Positions 1-12,100 of a stretch of DNA of 64,000 bases are shown here, piece after piece. The DNA lies in assembly GCA_951406725.2 (NCBI GenBank), contig OX597816.1, positions 8,370,001 through 8,434,000 on the forward strand. Reading direction: 5' to 3'. The DNA is from Octopus vulgaris. Lineage: Eukaryota. The notes under the pieces were generated by a model. The model was not told the origin of the DNA, did not search any database, and was given only the letters and a program-made list of their open reading frames with translations. The position numbers and the translations under genes are program-made. Each line of letters starts with the position of its first letter. Position 1 is the first letter of the stretch.

Positions 1-34
1 TTTCAATTCTCAGTTTCCTCTGGTTCTGTTTCAG

Positions 35-193
35 CAATGTGCCTTCTGTGTAAAAGGCATCCAGTTAGAGGATGTTCACACTGGTTCCAAAGAGTTGATG
101 TTTCAATGGAAGAAACTCAAGGATTACATCCGCATTGAGTTGGTATCAGGGCCTCCTTCTCAGCTTATTATTCCAGGATGGGACTTGGATGAG
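35..193 (+). CDS. SMCHD1: SMCHD1 exon (window exon 1)
   Basis: tttcag|CAA...GAG|gtaagc; [53 protein letters not shown]. Confidence 0.88.
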
Positions 194-3100
194 GTAAGCC
201 TTTTCTTTCTTTCGCAACAGATTTTTCTCTTTTTATAAATACAAAGAAACTGGTGATGTGGAAGTACACTCTATTTAGATCCATAAATATCTTAAGTAAA
301 CTCTAACTCTGCATTTGCCAACCATTAGCTACGTATACTTTATACTCTTTATAATTCAGATCTTTATTATTATCGTCTTTTCTTTTGATTCTTTGTTGTT
401 TTCTTCATTTGGGTTTGAAACAGATTTTTTTTTCTTGTTAGTGTTGGTTTTATTATTTTGATTTTGATCTCTATTGTTCCTTTCTTCCAAGACTTTTGGT
501 ATGTTCTACAGGGTGTCCACAAAGTCTGGGTACATGGGTATTAACACATACTTTTAAAACAAAACAATTTTATTTAATTATAATGTTAATAAACAATATT
601 TTCAACATGATTCCCATCATTTTCGATGCATGACTTGATGCGCCTTGCAAAATTCAGGTGAACTCAATTAAATAAGTCTACATTTTAGTAAAATTGATAT
701 TTTCATCCAATTCATCTGAAAACCATTCGCACATCTACATTCGTCTATCAGGGTCGTCTTCATTTAAGTGATGCAATATCTGTAGCTTGTATGGATGAAA
801 TTTTTCCTCACCCAGCGTTTAGAAAAGTAAAGTATTTTTTTATTTAATTTAAACAAAAGTAAAAAAGGAAAATTATTATTTCTTATATTTAATTGTTTAT
901 GCTATCATTTTATTTACTCCATGTACCCAGATTTTGTGGACACCCTGTATATAACCTATTTGCTAAATGGGAAGACATCTTAAAGGTTTTATCTGCCCTT
1001 GATACCCCCACCCCCCAAAAAAGAGAAACCATTATGAAATAGGAGTGGCAACAGTTATTCTTGGTGCCATTCTAGCTCTGTCTCCAAATGTCACTTAGCT
1101 GCTACTTTCAGCAAACCTTTCCCAGCTCAGTACATATAGAGCTTTTTGTTCTCTGCCAAATTCTGCCCGTTTCTTATGACTTATTTCCCCTTTGCTATTC
1201 CATAATCTTGCATTAGAATCCCTGTCTTCTCCCTCGTTCTGATAATTTTTAAGACATTCAGTAATAAACACTTCTCAATTTTTCATTTATTTACACAATA
1301 AATGTTTCTTTAGATGTTACGAAAAGTGTTTTTGTTTGCTTGAAAATTGCTCGTAAAATGGAATGCAGATAATCAAAGACTGAAATAATGCCAAAAATTA
1401 GCTTTGTGAAATATTGGGTCATCCCATAAATAATGCAGTTTTTTGTTTTTTCATGCCAGCGTCGCCTCGACTGGCTTCTGTGCCGGTGGCACGTAAAAAG
1501 TACCATCCGAATCGTGGCCGATGCCAGTGCCGCCTCGACTAGCTTCCGTGCCGGTGGCACGTAAAATGCACCAATCCGATCGTGGCCATTGCCAGCCTCG
1601 TCTGGCACCTGTGCGGGTGGCACGTATAAAGCACTCACTACACTCACGGAGTGGTTGGTGTTAGGAAGGGCATCCAGCTGTAGAAACACTGCCAGATCAG
1701 ACTGGAGCCTGGTGCAGCCTTCTGGCTTCCCAGATCCCCGGTCGAACCGTCCAACCCGTGCTAGCATGGAGAACGGACGTTAAACGATGATGATGTCTTT
1801 TATTTTTCAAAATTAAGATAAACAGAGTTGATGCAGGTAGTTTATCCCGTCCCCTCTCCGACTTTGATTCATGCAATTAAAAGAAATGCATTCTTGATAG
1901 GATGACCCAATATAATGTATACAAGAAAGAGTAAAATAAATTTAAAAAACTTAATAGCAATAAAAGAAATTTATTTGCCATAAAATATCTAGAATGGTTG
2001 AAAACAAACCAATAAAATGAAATTTTTGTCAGGAAGAGCAGAGTCACAAAATCTCTCTGGATTGGCTGTTGGTAAGGATTTCTCTTGTACATGTTATCAT
2101 GTTGGTAGAGTGACATTTTAGTTGTTATGTTTTGTGGGAAGGGTTTTAAGATTCAGCACAAATACTGAGCCATGCTACAGCAAACCAAACCTCTTTATAT
2201 GTTGTTTTTTCTTTTCTTCAGCCTATTGTGGTGTATGATGGTGGAAAAATTAATCAACATTTAGTTGTATCGCTGTGTGATGACAGGGGCAACCAATGTA
2301 AAGAGAAAGATGTAAAAATCCTTTTGAATAAAGATCAAAAAATTAAGGTATTTTTTTATCAGCAAATTATTACATTATAATGAATTGCATTTCTTTAAAA
2401 ATAATACAAATTGTATAATTTATAAAAGTTTTTCCATATAACATAAGTTCAGCATATAATGTAAAGCATACTAAAATTTAATGCCAATAAATTTATTATG
2501 GTCTCTTCAAAATTTCTATTAGTCATTAAGTGAAACAACTTTTGAGTATTATATACATGTTATAGTAAACAGGAGAGATTGGTATTTAAAAAATGCTGAT
2601 CTTTTCAAGATTTCAGTTCTATATTTAAGAGATGAGGAATTATTTACATTTGACGTATATTTGTTCACACCTTGTTTGTTGTTAACACGTTTCGGCTGAT
2701 ATACCCTCCAGCCTTCATCAGGTGTCTTGGGGAAATTTTGAACCTGGGTTCTCATTCCTTAGGTATTTTTCGATGTAATTATTATTATAATTATTCAGGT
2801 CACTGCCTGGAATGCCCACAGGCATATGGCATAGTGGTTAAAAGCACGGGCTATTTACCCCAAGATTCCAAGTTCAATTCCAAGCAATGACCTGAATAAT
2901 AATAATATCGAAAAATACCTTAGGAGTGAGAACCCAGGTTTGAAATTTCCCCACGACACCTGATGAAGGCTGGAGGTTATATCAGCTGAAATGTTGTGTT
3001 AACAACAAACAAGATGAGGACAAATATCCGTCTAATGTAATTAATCTTCTCACCTCTAGTGGATTAATAAAACCTTCATCTGGTTTTGCAATCATTTAAA

Positions 3101-6100
3101 ACTATTGTTTTGCTTCTGGAATATTGATATTAGGGAAAAAATGACATGCTAAATTGATTTACAATTTCAGATTGTGCCTTCTGCTACTACATTGAAAACC
3201 GATAATGAAGGACAAGTAGACTTTGGAGCCTTCTCTGTCAATGGGCCAAGGTAAGACTAAATTGTGGTTCTTTTTTCTTCTCTTTTTCCTTCTTCTTGGG
3301 ATTCTATTTACAATTAATTCTGCTGAATTCAAAAACTTCTTCATGCCTTTTTAAAATTGATTATGAAAGAGAACTGTTTCGTTTTACAGGGGTGTCTATG
3401 AATTGTCAGTGAAAGCTCTGCTTGGAGGGAGTAGAACCATCACAGGGCCAAGAATTAAGATCAGCATTCGACCAGATCCAACCAAACCTCTTCGTCTTGA
3501 GGTTGATTGTAAAAGTAATATAGCAGTAGAAGCTGGCTCAAAGTTGCCTGGTAAGTCTTTTGCATGATGCAGACACAGAAATTTTTAAAATAGCAGGAAT
3601 GGAAACTTAATACAAAGAGACGAGAGATGTTGGAAATATTTCATACACAGCTTAGGAATTCCTTAGGGATTAAAATTATTCTATGACAATTCTTATTGTA
3701 AAAAATTCATGTCATTGGAAAACTTTAAAAAGTGACATATTAATTAGAATCGTTTTAAATGAATACGTTTACAGTTAATTACAAGGGTATTAAATTAATT
3801 CATATAACTTAAATCAATCTTTAAAAAATATTATAATATTTTGCCCAAATAAGATCTTTGTAATTTCAAACAGAAGAAATACATTTGCACAAGTTGAAGT
3901 TCTTTCAGGCTCCTAGCTGGCATTAAACATACAAAAGTAGGAATTCACACGCTTAATAACCAAATAATAAATATAAAAATATAGAATAGGCGCAGGAGTG
4001 GCTGTGTGATAAGTAGCTTGCTAACCAACCACATGGTGCCGGGTTCAGTCCCACTGCGTGGCACCTTGGCAAGTGTCTTCTGCTATATTTTACAGTCCCC
4101 GTCACTTAGCGGTTCGGCAAAAGAGACCGATAGAATAAGTACTAGGCTTACAAAGAATAAGTCCCGGGGTCGATTTGCTCGACTAAAGGCGGTGCTCCAG
4201 CATGGCCGCAGTCAAATGACTGAAACAAGTAAAAGAGTAAAGAGTAAAGACTAATATATATTTCTGATCTTATAGATGCAACCAACTTAGTTATAAAAAG
4301 TATGATAAAATAGGCTTTGAGACTTCTTTATCAAATCCGTTTCACACACACACACCTTTCACTTAGCAATTTTTTATATGAAATAAACTGTAATATTTAT
4401 TTTCCTAATCTCTTTAAAGTATACACAGTGAAAGTATTGGCTGAAGATGGTAATCCATTAACTTTGGCAAAGCATTCACATCTGTCAATGAAACAATGGC
4501 CTTCAGATTCTAGTCACCAGTCAATACCACCTCCCAAAGTAAGTAGTTTCTTTATGTATTTTACAGTCCCCTGCCCCCCCACCTCAGTTGAATTTTGCTG
4601 GCTTGAATTGAACAATTCTTATTAAACCCTTGATATTTTCTCTCTGGGAATTGTAAGCACTTCATTGAAACTGCCTTCAGCAGATTTGTAAAACATTTGG
4701 GGGACATAAATAGACAGCCACTTTTTGGGTTTTCAGCATCATCATCATCATCATCATTTTTTAACGTCTGTCTTCCATACTGGCATGGGTTGGATGGTTT
4801 GACAGGAGCTCACCAGCCAGAGGTCTGCACTAAGTTCCACTGTCTGTTTTGGCATGGTTTTACAGTTGGATGCCCTTCCTAATGCCAACCACTTTACAAG
4901 GTGGACTGGGTGCTTGTTACATGAAACTAGCAAGGTCTATAAAATCTTCAGCAACTGGTAAATAACATAGAAATGGTCTTCAAAATATTTAACTTTTACA
5001 TATAATTACAGAATGTAGGGTGCAAGAAATGTGTATATATATGTATAAATGTGTGTGTTGGGGTAGAAGTTTAGATGTTATGTTCAATAAGCATGGGTTA
5101 AGAACTTATTTCTAAAAGGAATCCTCACAGTATAGTTTTTCTTTTTCAAATAACTTCTTACCTTTGTTAATACAGATGTTAATGGGATGTGCATTGTCAG
5201 TGTGGACATACGACTGAGTGTGAGGAGTGCTTTGAGAGAGAAAAATGGATATAAGAGGCATCGGATGTAGTGTGCAAGAAAGAAGCTTGAGAGGTGGTTG
5301 GATGGAACTTATACTCACCTCCTTATGAGAGCTCAAAATCTTTCGTGGCAGCGTCATCCAACCAAAGTACAAATATATGGGAAACTACCACCTGTATCAT
5401 CTCTTGTGAAAGGTAGAAGAGTCCAGTTTGCTGGACGTTGTTGTAGAGCTGAAAACGAGGTAATTTCTACTCTTCTCTTCTGGAAGCCATCTGCTCGTGA
5501 TATCAGAGGGCGCACACTCTCCTACCCTGATGTAATCTCCAGGGATACAGACATCCAGCAACAGGACCTCCGTAATGCCATGATGGACCGTGAGGTCTGA
5601 CGTAACATAGTAAATTCCTTTGTCTCGACCACGGTCGAACAATGATGATGATGATGATGTAGTGTGCAAGAGAGAAGACTGCACTGGTGTGGCCATGTGA
5701 TGTATATGGACGAGAACAGCTGCATAAAAAAGTACCGATCTCTGTGGAGAGAATTTGTGGAAGAGGTAGACCCAGGTAGACATAGGATGAGTTGCTGAAG
5801 CATAGTCTTTGAATGTTGAGTTTCGTGGAGGAGATGGCAAGTGACCAAGACTGTTGGTGATTTGCTGTGTTTGGGAAGAGACATGTCAAGCTTAGTGGAA
5901 TCGTAGTCATGGCCAGTGCTGGTGACACATAAAAGGCACCCAGTACACTCTGTGGTGTAGTTGGCATTAGGAAGGGCATCCAGTCATAGAAACTAAACCA
6001 AAATAGACTGGAGCCTGATACAGTTCTCTGGCCTACCAGTTCCAGTCAAACCATTTAACCCATACCCACATGGAAAACGGAAGCTAAATGACGGTGATGA

Positions 6101-9100
6101 TAATGAAGAAAAAAGGAAGACATTTGATAGAGATGAATGTAACCAGCCATTTGCAGATTGAATGTTAAATTCATTTATATGATTTCCTATTCGATATGTT
6201 ATCACACTAAATTTCTTTCAGGCAATTTCATATGCACCTGACAACGTGAACAATGAGAAAGGAATCTTTACTTTCAGGTATGACGATATTTTAGTTATCT
6301 TGTTGTTCCATTGATCCCATAATAATTTCCTATTTGTTTCTTATTTCATAAATCTCACTTCTCCTTTGATCTTTTCTATAAAATTCGCATTTTTTTATTT
6401 TCTATTTTTCCTATATTTCACAGCAACAAACGCTGTCCAGAGTTGGCTGGCAAGTTCAGTATTATGTTTGTATATTATGATGGGAAATATAATGTAGATA
6501 GTGAAGTGGTGAGTTTCTCTTTTTGTTTATTTATTTAGAATAAAATCTACTAGTCTTTGGTGGTTGTAGCCAATTTAACCCCTTCGTTACCAACCTGTAT
6601 GAAAAAGTTTTTGGCTTAGATGACCAACCTGGCCGAAGATAGCCAAACAAACCCATTGATATTTTAATGGGAATTTCAGCACAAATCTCATTTGTGAAAA
6701 CACGTGATTTCACTTTGTAAATAGTCGAGTTACTTTCTGACATTGTTTGACATGATATCTGAGCTCTGCAAATTTTGGGAGATTTTTTCCATATTTTTTC
6801 TCTTTGGTGAATTTTTTCAACTTTGAAAATGGATAACAGTTTCATGCTATCAAGCAGTGATACTGAATTTGACGGCTTTTCAATGGAAGATATGAAGAAA
6901 TCAAGCAAATGTAAGCTTGTTTGAAGCGATCAATACAGAAACAAACTTGGTCACTTTGAGTCAAAAGTCGTGCAGTAGAATTAAGAATTAAGAACCTTTT
7001 CTTCAATTGTGTTCCAAGAATTACATAAATGTCGATAAATAAAAAAGTTACAGTTGTTTAATGAAACCAGTCTAAATTCGTGATTATTTTAGAATTTAAT
7101 TGAAAGTTATAAGAAGTGTGTATTACTTAGAAATATGGTAACGAAGGGGTTAAAATTGTGTGTGGATTTAGCAACTGATTGCTGTTTCCCATTAAGTAAA
7201 CTTGTTCAAACCACACCATTTATACATTTATTTTGTCTGCTCAAATTAAATGTGATACACAAATATGCATGCGTATTTAGGGAGTGTTATTTTAATATTT
7301 CTTTGTTAATTTAGTATTTCTTTGCACACTGGATGAAATACTCAGCAGTATTTTGTCCATCTTTACTTTCTGAGTTCAAACTCCAGCAAGGTTGACTTTG
7401 CTTTCATCCTATTGAGGTGGATAAAATAAGTACCAATTGAGTACTGAGGGGTCGATGTAATCAACTTACCCCCTCCCCCACAATTGCTGGCCTTGTGCCA
7501 AAATTTGAAATTCAATATTTTTTGGTATTTATGCCATGTCTCAACTTCCAAATATTTGATTAACATAGTTTCATCATCATCGTTTAACGGCCGCAACAGG
7601 CTCCAATCTTGATCTGGCAGAGTTTCTACAGTTGGATGCCTTTCCTAACGCCAACCACTCCGAGAGTGTAGTGAGTGATTTTTACATGCCACTGGCACGG
7701 GGTCAGTCAGGTGGTACTGGCAATGACCTCGCTCGAATCTTTCTACACATGCCACCGGCACAGGTGCCAGTAAGGTGATGTTGGTAATGATCACGCTTGA
7801 ATGATGCCCTTTTACGTGCCACCAGCATGGATCCAGTTGGCTTCTCTGGCAACGATCACGCTCGGATGGTGCTCTTAATACCCTACTAGCACGGGCACAA
7901 GTGCCAGTAAGGCGACGCTGGTAACAATTATTGTCAGTAATTTGTTTCTAAATAAGTGAAAGATGGTTTGTTTTATTTGTGAGGTTTTTTAGTTTGATTT
8001 TTTTCTTGTTTTGTTTTTTAGAAAAAAAAAGACATTCCGACAGATTTTATCTTTCTGTAAAGTATGGATGCATGGAATGACCATTGTATGTAATGGTTGT
8101 GTTGTGTCTCCATATGAAGAACTTGATAATATCATTGTAACCATTTCTCTCCTCCTAGATCTCACTTACTGTGCTCCCCAGTGTGCCAACCAAGTTAGTG
8201 CCATTAGAGACACTAGGGACCCCCACAGTGAGCAATTCCAAGAATAATACCAGTCGTTGCCTAATTGAATCTCTTCTTCTTGAGCTCAGGGTAAGGAAAT
8301 TCTTTTTGTCTTCAAAGTTTGTTTAATTTTCTTAATTGATATCACAAGTTATTTATTGATATTATTTTGATATCTTTTTAGGACCAGTTTGATAATCCAG
8401 TAGAGCCAAAATTTGATGGGTCGGTCAAAGTAGTTGTTAAAGCCCAAGATGAGGTGGATGAAATACCTGCTTTTGTAGGGCCTTCAAAACAGCTTTTGGT
8501 TCCATTACTCAAAGGGCGAGCCCTTCTACAGGTACAGTCTTCACTCAGAAATGTTTTTCAAAATCTAATTTAGCTTGCTAATATAATAATGTTTGCGATA
8601 AGATCTTTCTTCACATCCTGTAAACACGCAGAAGACAAACCAGGAGAACTTCTAAGACTTTGTTTTATCTGCTCAGTACAATAAATTATAATCTTTAAAA
8701 TGAGGACCCGTTTTGATTCTAAATTTCAGAATGACATTCATCATCATCCTTTGATGTCTGTTTTCCATGCTGGCATGGGTTGGATGGTTTGACTGAAAAC
8801 TGGTAAGCTGCATCAGGCTCCAATCTGATTTGGCATGGTTTCTATTTCTTGACGCCCTTCCTAACGCCAACCACTTTCTGAGAAAGCAGGATCTTTATTA
8901 ATACTTTGTTTCTTTATAAACAATATTAAGCTCTTAGGCAGGGCATCCAGGTGTAGAAACATTGTCAGATCAGATTGGAGCTTGGTGCAGCTTCCTGACT
9001 TACCAATCCTCCTTCAAACCGTCCAACCCATGCCAGCATGGAAAGCGAACATTAAACAATGATGATGAAATAAACACGTCGTTTGAAATCTCAAAGCTCC

Positions 9101-12100
9101 AAGGTAAAGCATGACGAGTTCAAATCGATATGAATAAACAAACCTTACATTTGACAGAGAAATCTGAATGCTAACGAGTTAACTTTCTCTCTTGTCATAA
9201 CGAATACTCGTGATTTTAGTCTTGGTTATTGGATATCTTTTTCATTTAGGAAATTATATTTGACTTATTTCTCTTATGTCGTCTCTCTTGTCCTGAACTT
9301 TTGGTACTAAATGGAATCATTTAATTTTCTAGAAAGTTACCTTACAAGAAAACACACCAGGAAAAGATGGTTTTGAGTATGTCTTATCCTGCACAGTCTC
9401 TGCACAGAACCTTAAAGAAAAGATCGAACCATTGGAGATTCCTTTCTTGTTCTATAATGGTAAGTCAATAAAGATTATTATATTATATATATTTGTATGT
9501 GGAGGCGCAATGGCCCAGTGGTTAGGGCAGCGGACTCGCAGTCGTAGGACGCGGTTTCGATTCACAGACCGGGCGTTGTGAGTGTTTATTGAGCGAAAAC
9601 ACCTAAAAGCCCCACGAGGCTCCGGCAGGGGTGGTGATCCCTGCTGTACTCTTTCACCACTCTTTCTTCTGTTGGCCTGCTCGCTTAGCCAGCGGGGTGG
9701 CGTCATTCGATGGCTAAAACAATGCGAACGCATTGTGACCAGCGATGTGTAACAACATCTGATGGTCTGGTCGGTCACGTGATCACGTGATATATATGTA
9801 TATATAAAGATTATATATATTATGATATATATTGTGTTTGCTGTACAGAAGGAGTTGGTGCACTCTATGAAAAACCCTTTTGGTATTCTACAAAATGTAT
9901 AGTATTTGGGAATATTCTTTATGGTGGAAATCTGTTCACTATAAGTTTTAGCCATTTCAAAATCCATCTCTGCAATCTCTGACATTGCTTTTCATTTATT
10001 TCTGGTCAACAAGTTCCTGACATATCCTTAGTATCAATCATATATAGTCATCCTGTTCAATCCTGGGACCTTAATACCAATGTAACGAATCAAAATTGTG
10101 ATTATCTTTAATTATCAACAGGTTTCTTACTCGTTATAACCTGTGTGAGTTTCAATAAATTGAATTTGGTCGAGGGAACGATTTTGTTGAAACAAATTAA
10201 ATTAAAAGAAAAGAAAAAAAGAGAAGCATTTATTTTGTTGCTAAATTTTGTGTCTTTAGAATTTAATTAAAATAGAATAAAGCCTCAGCTGACTTCTGTC
10301 TTAAGTTTAGTTTCCATTCTTCGTGTTTCCATCTTCAGGACAAAATCATCATCAGCAGACTTTCGGTGCATTTACAGGCCTTATATTGGCATTTTGATCT
10401 GGTCATTACTGCAACTTTCCTGTGTTAAAACACACAAAAACAACATTGATAAACTTGTGGTGTGTGAATCAGTTGATATCGTTTTGTTGTGCTTTATATG
10501 GATTGTTCAGTTTTACACATGTCTTTTTTTTGAAGCATGTCATCAAATAATAATAATAATAATAATGTACCAATTATTGTTGGGTCCTTGGGAACAGTAT
10601 CAAAAGCAGGTACATGCCATCAGTAATTACTCAGGGTAGGCAGTTGGTAACCTTTATGTAGTAAAACACACAAAAAATAAGCAAAACACGGGTGTGCAAC
10701 TGAGTTGTAGGCAGATTTACATCTGCCTTTATAGCACATAAAGAAAATGTTCTATGAATGTATGCAGCACGTGTACTATAGCAGTATTATGCATAGCTTA
10801 GATATTGAGATTGAAAAGCAGGGACGAATTATGCTTACCTAATCTACAAAATATTATATTTTTTGTATAGTAATCAGAGTAACCTACATAATTTTATTGA
10901 ATTAAGTACATATTTTGCCATAAAAGGAAAATGATGTTGCTATCAATCTATTTTATGAAGGTAGGTACTGTCTACCTAGGCAGCACATCCCTGATTAGAG
11001 GGCATCAAGAGGAATATAAAGGAAATGGGAATAGAATGCCCAGTAGAACTGTTGCAAAAGGTTTGCCACCTTGAAATGGCCAAAATCATCAGGAAAGTCT
11101 TAGGTAATGGAAAAGAACAGACAGCGTGGTGCCATATCCTGCAGGCAGCAAGCCTGCTACAAATGCAAGACTCCAAGAGTTCCATCAAAACCTGATCTGA
11201 AAGAAATAATATAGTATTATCTGCTCCAAGCCATAAGCATATGGTTGTATTTGAAAACTTTTCTGATGATTTTTCAATAAAATCTTTGGCATTGAATGGG
11301 GTTATATGTTTGAGGAAGAGAAATCTGTGTTTTAATTAATGTGCAGTATGAATGGTGATTGTTGAGAAGAAATTATTTATAACAATGAGTCAAAGTTTCA
11401 AATCACTTTGTCCCATTCTAAGAACTGCAGGACACATCAGTGCATGGTGCACTCTAGATGCAATGTCTGAAAAAGCTGGTCACAGAACGTTATTTTTTTT
11501 TTTTAATCATGGATCTGTGCAATTAAGGCTGGCCTGCAGTTAATTAACAATCAGAGATATTCACTTAAATATATGCAAGAGATTTCTAGTCTAGACCAAC
11601 AGTCAATCGTATCTTAAAAGTACAATGAACATCATCATCATCATCACCATTTAATGTCTGGCTTCCATTATATTTTGATAATTAAACATTCTTAGGAATT
11701 GTAGAAATAAGTGTTACAATATTTTGTGTATTGTAGAAGTGTAACTAATTCATTGCAGATAAATTTTAACAAGATCTTATATGGATCCCCAAAGATCATA
11801 TGGGCCTCTGTCAAGAACCCCAGCACTAAATCATTACATACCTGACTATTTTAGCCCAATTTAAGTAATAAAGAGCATCACAAAGGCCACACCCTGCATT
11901 AATCTAAAATGTATTGTACTTTTTGAAAAAGTGTTCAGACCTCAACTTATGGAAGACATTCACTGACAGAAAACCATTGAGAGTATGAAGGAAATCATTC
12001 TGCAACCCTTAATTAGCAAACCTAAGTTTCTACTTTTTTATGTTTTAAATGTTTGATTAAGGCAATTGCCACAACTTATCACTAATACAGTCTCCAATTT

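Noticed and set aside
1291-1783. Recurring ORFs of the type [32 protein letters not shown]
   Set aside because: Chance translations of the high-copy LINE tail in either orientation; no splice signals or domain content.
9452-9985. 177-aa minus-strand ORF
   Set aside because: Runs through an AT microsatellite and an antisense SINE; no recognisable protein.
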